A DNA stretch of 64,000 nt. It comes from the human T2T-CHM13v2.0 reference genome, Homo sapiens. The notes beneath the pieces are model-generated. The model was not told the DNA's origin, searched no databases, and worked only from the letters and a program-made list of their open reading frames with translations. Shown in pieces: positions 27,906 to 48,306 of the stretch (the first letter of the stretch is position 1; each line of letters starts with the position of its first letter). The stretch lies in assembly GCF_009914755.1 (NCBI RefSeq), contig NC_060928.1; one strand, given 5' to 3'. Position numbers and translations under genes: made by a program.

Positions 27906-28625
27906 TTGACTGGCAACAATGATGAGGTAAAAAGTAAAAGAGTTCCTTTTTTTTCCCTTGGTTCATTTTTCTTACCCCACTGAGAACTTACTTGTCTTTA
28001 TTCAGTGATGTTTAAGATCTACAAGTAACAGAATTCTCCATGGAAAGTAGAGATGCTTCTACCTCATTTACTCAACTTACATATTTTACCAGGATTTTTT
28101 AGTTTTTCAGGTTAGTTGAACCAGTGTGATTTATTCTTCAAGAACAAATGTTCACTTGAAGTACTTTAACAGTCAACACTGTTGAAGCAGAGCTATTTAT
28201 TATACATAAATCAAATGAGTTTAGCCTATATCCTATAAACTACCAGAGTGCCTCATTAATCCAAATGAATATCAGTGTAAACCAACAGGATACTGATACT
28301 TTAAAAAACATGTTTTCATTAACAATTGGCCTATATCATAGAGGATCCTGTCCCCAGGTATAGAGAAGATGTTTAAAACATAAGTATTCCAATGAAAGCT
28401 GCAGAAAGCTACTCTATTCTCAGATTATGAGTAATTTTTTGAAAATGTAGAACTGCCAAGAAATGTCATTTTTTACATGAATCTAGATTATCAACCACAC
28501 ACTAAAACTTTACACATTTTAACCAAGTAACAAACCTATCAGAAAAATGAGAATTTGCAAGGTATGTGCTCTTAGGAATTAAAATTTTATGTAAACATCC
28601 TAAGATATAATTGGAAAAATTATGA

Positions 28626-28936
<311 letters not shown>

Positions 28937-28943
28937 AGACTTA

Positions 28944-28995
28944 CATGAAACTGTCACTAAATTTAACATGCATGAAACTGTCACTAAATTACATG
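28944..28995. repeat. 27-bp-period tandem duplication
   Basis: CATGAAACTGTCACTAAATT at 28944 and 28971. Confidence 0.85.
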
Positions 28996-29634
28996 GGTAC
29001 AAACACAGTCTTAAGTACGGATGTAAAATTATACCAAGAAATACCTCATCTGTGTTTGGATACACTACAAAGCACAGAGAATACACATTTTTATTTATAT
29101 CCTATACAAGATCTATGTGCATAGATGTACAATGCATACACATATACACTCATACACGTGTAATGTTTTGTCTTATACCTTACTTGTTTTCATATAGGAT
29201 TTAGTGCAATTTATGATAATAGTGAAGATAAAATAATACTTAAACATTGGTAATGGTTGATAAGTATAACTAACATATATGCCTTATAAAACTTTTCCTC
29301 TTAAAATATAAAACATAAAAAAAACACTTTTATACCTCTAACTCTACTACTATTATGCATATAAAAATAGAGACTGAAATATAAGCTGATGCCAGAATAT
29401 CTAAGAATAACACAGAAGAGATAATTCTTATATTTTCCTTAAGAACACAAATGCTGGTTCTCTAATGAAAATTATATATATGGCCTATAATTCTTTTTCA
29501 GTTATAGTTTAGCTTCTTTGAAGAGTCTACATAGTTAAGTGTGGTGATTAATACTCTGCAATGGAGATTGTATTACTTAGAGTATCTCTATGGTCCCATG
29601 TAATTCTTTTAAAAGGTATAAACCTTAAATACGA

Positions 29635-30150
29635 TTTTGAGTTTGTCTTATGCTGTCTTTTAGCAACTCAATAATAAGTTTTCCTTGCATGATTTTGCCA
29701 GTGTAGTAGAAGCTAGAAACCCAGAACATATATTTCTACATAATTCCCATCAGCAGAATTTTAGATTGTATTCCACCAAGAAGAAGCATTAACAAAAGCT
29801 TTGGAGGGCATAACAGAAGTAAATGCCATTCTTGTTCATGTGGATGTGGTGAAAAATCACATGGGCCAGGACATACATATGGCAGACATAAGGTTTTGAC
29901 AGTGACCGTGGGCATTGTCTATCAAAATACTCTCACTAGTGCTGCAGAAGTCTGAGAAAATCAATGGCTAATTCCCATATTAACTAAAAAATTTTGATCT
30001 CCCAAAAGCCACTGGCAAGTTTCCTTGACTTGTGCTTCCTCAGCTTTTCCAGTTGTTTTATAAGAGCTGTTTCTAAATTCCTTTCTTAAATATCTTTCTG
30101 TTAGATATAACCATAGTGGTCTCTGTCTTCATGATCATAGCAGACTTGTA
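29635..30150 (+). mobile_element. old ERVL-type LTR (LTR33/LTR41-like)
   Basis: AGAAGCTAGAAACCCAGAACATATATTTC.. and terminal AGTGGTCTCTGTCTTC resemble this group. Confidence 0.4.
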
Positions 30151-30482
30151 GAGAAAAAATATGCAAATGATCTACCAATAATACAACATTTTTATAAACA
30201 GCAACTTTTAAAATAACATGCTATATTTTAATTTCTTATTGGTCTCATCATTGATGCCATGTTCTACTTCACATCTCAAATATATTTAACTGGGCTATGA
30301 ATCTATATGCTTATAATTATTCTTTGAGCAAAAATAAAATCATTAGCTGAAGAGCATGAATTATTTTCACTTCTAGGAATCACTTGTGGAATAATCATAA
30401 CAGATTGTTATAATAATTCTTAATTCACAAGTAGCCTTATTTAAGCATATTCTAACTTTTATGCTTGCAATATGCTAAATAA

Positions 30483-31112
<630 letters not shown>

Positions 31113-31238
31113 TAATACATATTTAATTTCCATAGTCACTCTGTAACTGCATCATGGCAAACACAATATTTCTAAAATTATATATTTGGCTCTAATATTA
31201 TTTATTAAATTAAATATAATTTTTAAAAGAAGTGCCTC

Positions 31239-32712
31239 TGATGGTGGTGGTGGCCCATCTAGAGCAGCCACTGCGGGGATGCCAGCTGCAGCAGGGGAGG
31301 CACAGTCAGGGCTGCACACTCCATGGAGCCAGCGGGAGGCAGGAACAGGTGGGAGCCCTGCCCCCTACTGAGTTGGTGCGGCAGGAGCGCCAGGCTCTGG
31401 GGCACAGCTGGATAGCTGCAGCTCCAGACCCAGGCATCCCTGCACTCTTGGGAGACCAGGAAACTCCCCTGGCCCCACTGGCTCAGATGTCTCTGCTCTT
31501 ACTCCCTGGCCTCTCCCTTGATCCTGGTGCCTGCTCCAATTTTCGAGCAAAGTTGTGGCCAAGCCTGGGTGCTGTTGCAACCCAGCCGGTTGTGCACGCG
31601 CTCAGGAAGGCACTGACATACTATCCCCCACCACCACCTCGGCCTCCTCCAGACTTTGGGTGCCAAGGAGCACAAGAGGGATGCTGGAGGGGGCTAATGG
31701 CAGCTCAGCACAGGCCTGCAAGTGCTCCTCAGTGCAAACAGACTGAGTGCCTTGGACTGCATGTAGATGGTGGGAGGCAGACAGGTTCCTGGGCAGAAAG
31801 GGGTGGGTCCCTGGTGAAACCCCACCTTCAAGCCAGGGATGGCCTGAAACCTGGGGATTGGCTACCAGTTCCCGGTGGAGTCTGTGGCCTGGAGTGCTTT
31901 TTTGGGGCTCACCCATGACCACCGATGGATCAATCAGCACACAGTTCCTCCCTTCTGAGCCCATAAAAACCCCAGACTTAGCCAGTCTCACACAGGCACT
32001 GGGACTACCAACTGCAGAAAGGAGCTACCCACTTCGGATTTCTGGCGAGCTGTTCTATTGCTCAGTGAAGCTCCTCTCTGCCTTGTTCACCTTCCAGTTG
32101 TCCACATATCTCATTCTTCCTGGACATTGGACAATAACTCAGGACCTGCCAAATGATGAGACTGAAAGTGCTGTAACACAAACAGGGCTGAGACATGCCC
32201 CCGACTCTCCACTAGGAGGAGAGAAGAGAGAAGGAGAGAAGTGCTGCAGCACTTTCAGGAGCCCAGACCTAGTAGCTCCCCAAGTCAGGGCTGTGACACT
32301 TCCTTGGGGCTCTGCGGTTCCTGGTGTCTCCAAGCTTCCAGGCACCACTGCATTCTCTGGCACCCACAATGGAAGCTACTTGTGATACACCTGGTGCAGT
32401 CGCAGCCTCGTAGGGAGCCGACGCTTGTACCAGGGCCTAGAGCTGTCCACCCTGCCGCAGCCGGCACGCCTGGCTGTGAGCAGTGGCCAGACCCCACACT
32501 CGCTTACACACCCCTCACTGCTCCATGTCTTGCTCACCCTTGGCAGGCATGGAGTCCAAGCCAGTAGAGCGAGCCAAGCACGGCCTGCTGGGCCTAGTGG
32601 GTGGAACCAGCACAGCAGCCTGAACAGAACTCAGGCAAAGGTGCCACTGGCCACAGATAAAAAAGTGGTTGGTTTTGAGCTGGAAAAGTGACATGCTAAG
32701 GATCTTGTGACC
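31239..32712 (+). mobile_element. MER52 (ERV1) solo LTR
   Basis: GC-rich, CpG-depleted 1.47-kb block starting TGATGGTGGTGGTGGCCCATCTAGAGCAGCC and ending AAGGATCTTGTGACC. Confidence 0.82.
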
Positions 32713-33674
32713 CTACCATCATATTTCCTACTTTGAACTCAAGGAAAAATATGTAAAATTAAAAGCCCAATATTAAAGGTAACTGATTCTGCATTTCTGT
32801 TAATATCCACAATTGTTATTTAAAATCTGTTCTAAATTTTTAAATTATTCCTTGACATTGTTCAATTTTATGTTTATAATTAGGCTATACTTTAAATTAT
32901 TTACTTTGGAGTTCCAGGAAATTTAAATATTACCCAGAAATATGACACTAATAAAAAATAAAGATGCTTTCAGTGAAGTTGGATTATTTAAGACATAGGA
33001 CTATTTAATTATTCTGGTCTCCTAGATAGCAGCTCAATATATTTGTCATACTTACTGCATCATTCTATGACACATAAAATGTAAGAATTATGATATATAT
33101 TAAATTGTTTTTGAGCCAATTTTATTTCATTTGACATATTAATAAAAATTCAGGTTAGTATATATATGTTGATTATTTTAAGCAACTTGAATATGTTTCC
33201 ATTGTTAATATTTTTGTAAAATAATACATTATAAAGGTGTATAGTTCTCTATGTGAACAAGGCATAAGTTCAATGTGAGCATTAAATGTCAAATTGTATC
33301 TCTATTTAAATCATATAATTAAATTTCATGGTAAGGTGTTGAAGCATTATTTGAAGATAAATATTAAAATGTTAATGAAACAATTTTCCTTGAAAAGTGT
33401 TTAAATACTTAAAAAATAGCATGCTCTTCTTGTCCGTAAATGTGAAACTTAATAAAAATTAGCTAAGCAAAGAACAAATCAAGTTTGAAGTAGATATACT
33501 TTATGATCCGATTCTTGTAAAAAATAAACATTTGAACAATTTTCACTCGCACAGTTTGATCACTAAAATGAAAGAAAGCACATTAACTATCACTTGAAAA
33601 ATTCCTTTTGAATATTTTATACTTTAAAATTGAAAAATGGTAAAATAAGTTCATGTTAATAAAAGATCAGTATG

Positions 33675-33806
33675 TTGGGAGGATCGCTTGAACCTGGGAA
33701 ATGGAGGTTGCCATGAGCCAAGATCCCGCCAGTGCACTCCAACCTGGGTGACAGAGCAAGACTCTTGTCTCAAAAGTTAAAAATAAATAAATAAATAAAT
33801 AAATAA
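33675..33806 (+). mobile_element. Alu right-arm fragment with (TAAA)n tail
   Basis: GGAGGATCGCTTGAACCTGGG..GACTCTTGTCTCAAAA. Confidence 0.85.
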
Positions 33807-33852
33807 CATAATCAAAGGTAATTAGTTCTATGTCTTAGAAATTTAAAAACTG

Positions 33853-34201
<349 letters not shown>

Positions 34202-34369
34202 TTAGAATGTTGTACTGCTGAAATGAAAATAATATTAAATACAAAAAGATCTTTGTTCTGCTACTGACATTAAACATTTTGGTAAGTGTTTAAATGACAA
34301 CAAATATACTTCTTTATATGGTTTTGTTTTTGCAATTGGTTTGAAATCTATATATCATTTGTTCGATTA

Positions 34370-34810
34370 TTTATTTTGCAATAATTATATACTATATACT
34401 TTTTAAAGTACTGGTAGTATAGCAATAAACAAAGCATGCTAAGTTCTCTGTCCTGATTGGCTTACATTCAAGAAAGACAGAAACTAAGAAAAATAAATAC
34501 ATCAATTATATAGTTAATTGGATAATGTTAAGGGAAATAATAGAAAATAATCAAGAAAGAGGAGTGAGGATTGACACATTAAATAAGTTAGAGATGTCTT
34601 TAGAGAGAAAATGGCAATTGCTCAAAGATGTACAGTTGAGGAAGAATGAAAAATTAGATTTGGTCTAAATATCTTTCAGATAGGAAGTTCTGGAAATACT
34701 AAAATCTTATTCCAGGGCTGCATGCTATGTTCAAGAAAACCAAAAGTGCCAGTTTCACTGAAGCTAAAGAGAGGGAGAGGTATAAAATATGATGTCACAG
34801 AGGATGTTGA
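34370..34810 (-). mobile_element. L2 fragment
   Basis: Antisense L2 3' pattern (ATAGCAATAAACAAA..GCTTACATTC..). Confidence 0.5.
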
Positions 34811-34829
34811 CTGTGGTCTCTATTTGATT

Positions 34830-35240
34830 TCTAATTATTACAGTATCTTAGCACTGCTTCTCTTTTATTTCTATATGCATTTCCTAAGTGATCTCATCCA
34901 ATATCATGCCCTTAAATACCATGTATATTCTACTAATTCTAAAATGTATTACTTGATTCTAACATTTCCACTAACTTCAAATGTTTACATCTGGCTAATT
35001 TCTATCGTTATCTATATATCTAATAGGTATCACAAATTTAACAAGAGCAAACCAACACTACTAATTCTCCATCTCAAAAAATATTCTATCAAAACATTTT
35101 CCTACTTAAATCATCCTCACATAATAAATGATGTCTTTCATTCATGAACCTAAAGCAAAAACAAAACAACAAGAAAAACAGTAAACATATAACATAAAAA
35201 GTCATTTTTGTTTCTTCTTTTCTTTTTAATTTGGCCTAGA
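34830..35240 (+). mobile_element. L2 fragment (probably continues at 37080-37390)
   Basis: CCTAAGTGATCTCATCCA..TAAATACCATGTATA..TCTAATAGGTATCACAAATTTAACA. Confidence 0.62.
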
Positions 35241-35249
35241 AACAATGAC

Positions 35250-36860
<1,611 letters not shown>

Positions 36861-37079
36861 TATTTCATGTAAATGAAGATTCAAAACACAAAGGAACTAA
36901 ATATACCTTTCACCTTAAACAACAGAAAAATTACAAACATGCTTTCCATATTGGATAACACACAAAGTAATGATTCCTGAGAGATGAAAAACAAATGATA
37001 TGAGCCCAAAGTTTCCTGTATCTTACTGTTTGGAAATAGTCTACAAGTTGCAGTGCCTGTAATTAGCTTCCCTGATACA

Positions 37080-37390
37080 CTTAGTGTTTGAATCCTTTCA
37101 GGTTTTAGATCTCGGCTCAAAATTTACCTCCTCAGTGACATCTTCCTTGAACCTTGATTCATGACCATAGTATGGCATTAAATGTTCATAGCATTTATCA
37201 TGATCAGAAGTCATCTTATTAATTTCTTGATTAATATTTTCATTGTATGTATCCATCCAAATATTGTATTATTGACAGGAAAATTAGCTTTTAAGGCATT
37301 TAAGACAACATATTTAATAATTTTTCAGTTTCCTCAATGTCTAGAAAATGCCATAACATAAAATAAATAATAATTATGCATGGAATGGAA
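37080..37390 (+). mobile_element. L2 3' end
   Basis: TCGGCTCAAAATTTACCTCCTCAGTGA..ATAGCATTTATCA..TCTAGAAAATGCC..GAATG-like tail. Confidence 0.58.
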
Positions 37391-37439
37391 ATGCAATTAA
37401 TAAATTCAAGTGATACAAATTCACTTATATAAATGTAGA

Positions 37440-37670
37440 GATGTTAAAAAGCATCTGAATGATTAATACTTAATATCCCACTTAATCTTCACAGTTACCA
37501 ATGAGAGAGGGACAATTATCCTTCTCATTTTTCCTATGAAGAAACTAAAAAATAACTAGTTTAAATGTTATCCAATGTCACTACTTACTTAGTAAATAGC
37601 AAAGGCAGTCTGCCTTGAATTCTGGTTTGAATCTCAGGTACTTAGCCATTATTTAGTACTATTTTACTAT
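37440..37670 (-). mobile_element. MIR fragment
   Basis: TTAATCTTCACA..CTCATTTT..ATGAAGAAACT antisense MIR core. Confidence 0.55.
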
Positions 37671-39234
37671 TATGTGTTATAAATATGATGCATTTTTAAA
37701 TTATCAAGTAAAGTTTGAAAATACAAGGAGATATAAAAACATATTAAACAAAGGAAATTAAAGAAAAATAAGGAATAACACTGTTATGACAAGGCACAGG
37801 CAAATTCAGGCCCTATAGTTGAAAATGTTAAGATACAGAGGCTTTCATAATAACAAAGGATATTAAAGACTAAACAGTCAATTGGACGTTAAATGTAATG
37901 CAATAAAATGTATAATCCATTAAACAAACATTATATGAACACAAGAGAGGCAAGCTGAAATGTAAGAAATCTTTTCATTTCCTATCAAATAACTCAAAAA
38001 AAAGTTAATGAGTAGTTACAACTGCCAAATATGGTGATGACTTTTGAGTACTTGAAGATGAGTAGAGTACTCTTTGTGATTAACTTCTTTGCTTTTCAAT
38101 ATATTGTTATGAGGATCTTAGATTTAAAAAAAAATCTAAGCTATTCAATCTGAGAATATCACACATCTACCTTTGGCTGATTAGATAATATTCTAGAATG
38201 GGAAAGAACTAATTTGTAATAACAATTTTAGGGTTCCAAACTATTCCCACTCTTGAGGGGGAAATGTTGGTGGGTTATAGCCAGCTGGTGGTATGATTAT
38301 GTATTTTATGCAGGAGGAAATATAATTGCATGTGGATATAAATGGGCATCGGATATTGAGGATGAAATTAAAAAGGGGTTATTGAAGTAGCTTGAAATCT
38401 TTGCCAATGACAACACTATTTGAGTAAGGCTGTTTAATGCTAAATAACAAGTCAATTTTCATTTATTTGCCTTTGGCAATTACAGTAGTCTGAGGCTTCA
38501 AAAATGTAATGAGATTTTGAAGAATCTTTTCCAAGCATTTTTAGTAGACAAAGTATTATTTTGGCAGATTTATGTATCAAGAGTCAGAGAAAATATCTGA
38601 GGTATGTCAGGAGTTCTGCTCAAAACTGAATTGTTAAAGGAAAATTTATGTACACATTTGCCCCAAGGTGTGAAACATAGCAGGATTTTAATGATTCTTC
38701 TCCTGAAAAATAGGTTAGCAACAATCCCTCACATTCTGGGTAAGGGAAGTTTGCTCTGGTCTTTCTGAGAGTGATATTTTTTATATTTGTCTCTTAGTGG
38801 AAAGTGTTAGCACATAAAAAAAACCCTGCAGGAAATAAAGAATAGCAGTGTTTTTTGTTGTTGTTGTTGTTGTTGTTTACACTCCTGTTTCTAGAAAACT
38901 TCCAGAGTTTAAAAATTTAAAAAGTATTTTATATCATCAGTCTGAGTATAAAGAACAAGGAAGTTCTTGGGGGGTATAATTACAGCAATTATTTAAAACT
39001 GTCTTGGAAAGCCTATTCCTTTATAATTAAGTTGACTTGCCCTGTGTGTCTTGGGAATCAGGGTTGGCAAAAATGAGTCTCTCCAGTTGATAATGCTTTT
39101 TCTGATCAGATTATAATGCAAGAGCAGAATAGATGACATGTTTTAGCATACAGGAAAAAAAAGATGTGAATTTCTAAGCAGAATAAAGAGGAAGGTTTAT
39201 CCCGAAATTTTATGAGCCATGATATATTCTGACC

Positions 39235-39241
<7 letters not shown>

Positions 39242-39266
<25 letters not shown>

Positions 39267-39468
39267 TTTTTGAGACCAAGTCTCACGCTGTCGCATGGGC
39301 TAGAGTACAATGTCATGATCTTGCTCACTGTAACCTTCGCCTCTCAGGTTCACGAGATTCTTCTGCCTCAGCCTCCCGAGTACCTGGGATTACAGGTGCA
39401 CACAACTGCACCTGGCTAATTTTTTGTATTTTTAATAAAGATGGGGTTTTACTATGTTGGCCAGACTG
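39242..39468 (-). mobile_element. 5'-truncated AluS
   Basis: Right arm plus part of the left arm; TSD TCTGA(C/T)CATTTT. Confidence 0.88.
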
Positions 39469-39630
39469 TCTGATCATTTTCTATAATCTTCAATTTTTAT
39501 TCTCAAATCAAGGGTAAAATATAATGGCCCATTTATTTTAACAACTACTTTGTGCCAATAACCACATGGAGACTTTTCCACATGATATCCAGCAGAGTTC
39601 TGTCAAAAGCATAAGAGAGGTTATGTTATT

Positions 39631-39939
<309 letters not shown>

Positions 39940-40610
39940 GGTTATGTTATTATCGCAATTTTCAACGTAAAGAGAGAAGTTCATATAGAATCAGCAAATT
40001 GTTTCATAACTGTAGTAACATTATTAGAGTTTATACCTATTTCTAAGTTTTTTTTGGACACATTGTCCATACAGTTTATTTTTTACAGCATTATGCTTCC
40101 TACAGTACATATAAAATGTAACATTGAGTTCTTGCAGAGCTTCAGAAAATGAAACTTTTATAATAGTATACATAATTTAAAATAATTACAACACATTTAT
40201 TTGATGCATTTATCACCACCTATTGAACTTAGATCGTATTCAGAAAACTCTAAGATTGATCTAGGAAAGGGTATGTATTCCTGTAACTAGTATTTAAAGG
40301 CTATGATTTTAACCACAGTAGTGAAGTCACCTTGTTTATGCCCAGGGATTACATTGTAATTAAGAAATCATGAAGAAAAGTTTGATATTTTAGCTTCAAG
40401 CTTTCAGTCAATTTTCTTGTTTGGAAGATCTTGAAAGTGGAAGTTTCTCAGGAAACTTGATCCAAAGAGTTAACTATTAAAATGTTTTTCTAGATATATG
40501 GAACAAAATATTTTATAAAATAAATAACTTTTGTGAACCAGAAACATTATTAGTGTATAAGTCACTTACCAATATTTAAAAGATGTTAGAAGGATTATGA
40601 GGAAAGTTAT

Positions 40611-43335
<2,725 letters not shown>

Positions 43336-43794
43336 GTTACTAACAATAAACATAATTTATTTCAAACTAGACTCATTTAAGTAAAGATAAAAATAAAAAT
43401 ATCTTTACTGCTACCCACATTGAATCCAGCAGATATTCAGCATCTGCATCAAATGAATTATATATTACATACTGTGCAATTATTTCACTGCTAGTGAAAT
43501 GTTCTGCCAAATGTCTGTAAGAAAAAGTGCTGAAACTTGAATTTTAGAATATTTCATCTTAAATATGTTTTTATATGAACACACCAGAATAATTTACAAT
43601 GAAGAAATTAATAGTACTATATACAGTTTTAGAGGAATAACTACATTATCAAATAAGATTAACATAGCTATAGGTTTTCACCAAGATTCAGACCCAAGTA
43701 TCCAATTAAAACAGACTCACTGAAAGAGATCCATTGGATTTAGAGTACCTAAAGGCAAAAGACATGAAAATAGAGCTGTGAAGAGTGGAGCTAC

Positions 43795-44174
43795 TGTTAC
43801 AGTAGGTAGCCAGTCAGGCATTACTTGGCAGAAGAGGGCTCCCCACAACACACACACACACAACAGGAATGTCAGGTGGCAATCAGGTGATGATCAGGCA
43901 ATAATAATTGGTCACAGCCAGAACAATGGAAAGTGGTTGTCTCCCAATAGATAGAAATCACCTGAAACTGGTGATCAGCAGCTTTCTGACCTCAGGAGTT
44001 GGATGAGTGGGCTCAAAAATGCACATTCAGAGGCAAAATGGCAGAGTTTAACTGGTATATGACCTTCCTCTAGGAATGCTAGACTAGTAAGGGAAGAACA
44101 CTTCAAGTGACCATGCTTAGAACTCCAGTAAAGACACTGCACACGCTCCCTGCCAAGTTTTAGCAGGCCACTGT
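43795..44174 (+). mobile_element. MER50 LTR, 3'-truncated
   Basis: TGTTACAGTAGGTAGCCAGTCAGGCAT..GAGGCAAAATGGCAGAGTTTAACTGG. Confidence 0.78.
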
Positions 44175-47055
44175 AAACCAAGACTATTCACAAGAAGACT
44201 ATAAACAAGTCTTTATTTAAAAGAATATAGTGTTGTCACAGCAACTCTAGAAACTTTTCCTGCAAAAATTGTTAACTATTAGGAAATGACTGGGCATGAA
44301 CAAGGTGACATGCTTACTGTGGTTAAAATCATAGTGTTTAAATAGTAATGAAATAATGCATTCTCTTGGCTTGGTTAATCTTTGAGTTGTCTGAATGTTA
44401 CTTTCAAGTGCAATACATCTTATTATATTGGATTAGTCTTATCAAGAAAATATACTTTTTGAACACTAAAATTGAGTAAGAAAATCAGTTTTTGTTCTCA
44501 GATTTGATATATATTTTTAAAAATACGCTAATATTTTATAAATATATCATTGCTTCTGACACCATCTAACATTTTACATTTACTCAAATCTCATCAAAGA
44601 TTAACTGCTCACCTACCATCTCTATTAAGTAAAGCAAAAACTTGAAATGCACTTTTTGGGATAGGCACCCTGGGTGCTTGACTTCCACAATGAGAAGAAA
44701 TACTTCAGATAGTAGCTACTTTAAAGGGGATGAATACAATTTAGAGAAAACCCAGACCCAAACAATAGCTTAAAATTCACGCTAGCCTTGCTTAGCCTTG
44801 ATTAGCAAAATGCCAGAGTGGAAATGCCAGGGAAAAAGGGGAAAAAATTATTTTTTTCCCATCAATATGCCACTCTGATTGTGTAATTGTTACAAAACAT
44901 TTATTTGTAATGAGAAATACCAGTTAGAAGCATGGGCTCTTGACATTGGCCAGTCAGTATAGTATCTTCAGAGAAAATATTGATAATAAAAAAAAAAACA
45001 GAAATTAAATCAGAATCAGTTTGATGAATTAGAATCATAAACCCCCTATGAGTTTGTTCTTTTGTATGCATGTGTTTCTTTTATTTTTGTTTGTTTCTTA
45101 ACTTGTGCTTTAAAAAAAGTTTATTATTAATTTTTTGTGGGCATAGGCATACATATAGCAGGTGTACATGTTTATAGGGTATATGAGCTATTTTGATACA
45201 GGTAAACAATGTGTAAGAATTACTTTTGAGTAAGTGAGGTATATCAGTCACCTCAAGCATTTAGCCTTTGTGTTACAAGCAATCTAATTACACATCTTTT
45301 TATTTTAAACTGTACAATTAAATTATTATTGACTACAGTCACCCTGCTGTGTTATTAAATACTAGATCTTATTCATTTTTTTGACTAAATGTTCATAGCC
45401 ATTGACCATCCCCACTTTCCCCTGCCCTTCCACTATCATTCTTCTCTGGTATTCTGCCCTCTATCTGCATGAGTTCAGTTGCTTTTTTAGCTGCCACAAA
45501 TTAATGAGAATATGTGAAGTTTGTCTTTCTGTGACTGGCTTATTTCACTTAACATAATAACCTTCGCTTGATCCATATTGTTGCAAATGACAGGATCTTA
45601 TCCTTTTTTGTGACTGAATAGTACTCCATTGTGTATCTATGCTATATTTTCTCTATCCATTCCTCTGTTGATGGACAGTTAGGTTGCTTCCAACTCTTGG
45701 CTACTGTGAATACTACCACAGTAAATGGAAGGGTTTTTTTTGTATTCTAATTTCAATTCTTTTGGGTATAAGCAGTGGGATTGCTGGATTATATAATAGC
45801 TCTATTTTTAGTTTTTGAGGAAGCTTCAAATTGTTTTCAATAGCAATTTTCCTATTCAGCATTCCCACCAACAGTGTACAGGAATTTCCTTTTCTCCACA
45901 TCCTTGCCAGCATTTGTTATTGCCTGTTTTTTGGATAAAAGCCATTTTAATTGGGTGAGGTGACAGGTTGCTGTAGTTTTGACTTGCATTTCTCTGATGA
46001 TCAATGATGTTGAGCACCTTTTTATATATCTGTTTGCCATTTGAATGTCTTCTTTTGGGAAATGTTTATTCAGATATTTTGCCCATGTTTTAATCAATTA
46101 TTTGATTTTTCCTGTAGAGTTTTTTGGGCTCCTTATATATTTATTAATTTCTTGTCAGATGGTTAATTTGCAAATATTTTCTTCTGGTCTGTGGATTGTC
46201 TCATCATTTTGTTGATTGTTCCCTTTGCTGTTCAGAAGATTTTTAACTTGATTTGATTCTACTTGTCCATTTTTGCTTTGGTTGCCTGTGCTTCTGGGGT
46301 ATAACTCAATAAACCTTTGCCGAGGCAAATATACTGGAGAGTTTTTCTGATGTTTTCTTTTAGGGGGAGTCATAGTTTGGAGTCGTAGATTTAAATCTTT
46401 AATCCACTTTGATTAGATTTTTGTATATGGGGAGAGAGAGGAGTATAGTTTCATTCTGCTGCATATGAATATCAAGTTTTCCCAGCAGCATTTATTAAAG
46501 AGAATACCTTTTCCTCTATGTATGCTTTTGGCAACTTTGTCCAAAAAAAAAAGGTCCACTGTAGATGTATAGGTGTTTTTTCTTTCTGAGTTCTCTATTC
46601 TGTTCCATTGTTCTATGTATCTGTTTTTATGCCAATATTATGCTGTTTTGGTTACTATAGCTCCATAGTATAATTTGAAGTCAGATAAGGTGATTTCTCC
46701 AGTTTTGCTCTTTTACCTTTGGCTATTCTGGCTGTTTTATGGTCTCATATACATTTTAGAATTTTTTCTATTTATGTGAAGAATATCATTGGTATTTTAG
46801 TAGGGATTGCATTGAATCTGTAGATTGTTTGGGGGTAGTATGGACATTTTAACAAGATTGATTATTCTAATCCATGAACATGGAATATTCTTCTATTTTT
46901 TTGCATCCTTTTGAATTTCTTTCATCAGTGTTATATAGTTTTCCTTATGGAGATATTTTACTTTCTTTAGTTAATCCCTAGGTACTTTATTTTACTTGTA
47001 GCTATTGTGAATGCAATTACTTTCTTGATTTTTTTTCCTCAGGTTGTTCACTCTT

Positions 47056-47433
<378 letters not shown>

Positions 47434-47997
47434 TAATAGTTTTGTGCTTGATGTTCTTTAGGTTTGCACCAATATAAGATTATGATATCTGCAAACAAGG
47501 ATAGTTTGATTTCTTCCTTTCTAATTTGGATGGGTTTACTTCTTTCTCTTGTCTGATTGTCCTAGTTAGGATTTCCAGTACTATATTAAATAATAGTGAT
47601 AAAAATGGGCATTCTTGTATTGTTCCATATTTTAAATAAAAAGCATTCAGTTTTTGTTCATTCATTAGGATATTAGCTGAGGATACATCATATGTAGCTT
47701 CTGTAATGTTGAGGTCTATTTTTTCTAGCCCCAGTTTTTTCAGGGTTTTTATTATAAAGGGATGTTAAATTTTCTAAAGTGCTTTTTTAGCATGAATTTG
47801 AATTATCATATTTTTTTTTCTCCCATTCTGCTCACATGATATATTACATTGATGAATTTGCATATATTGAACCATTCTTGCATCCCTGGGATAAATCTCT
47901 CTTGGTCATAATGAATAATCTTTTAAATGTATTGTTGAATTTGATTTTCTAATAATTTGTTGAGGATTATTGCAGCAATGTTTATGAGATATATTAG

Positions 47998-48306
<309 letters not shown>

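Noticed and set aside
31186-32691. Cluster of GC-rich ORFs (228 aa, 212 aa) suggesting a gene or CpG island
   Set aside because: All lie within the MER52 LTR. The block is CpG-depleted, the ORFs overlap in many frames and there is no recognisable domain.
34722-35147. 141-aa ATG ORF
   Set aside because: Spans decayed L2 fragments, has AT-biased composition and shows no domain.
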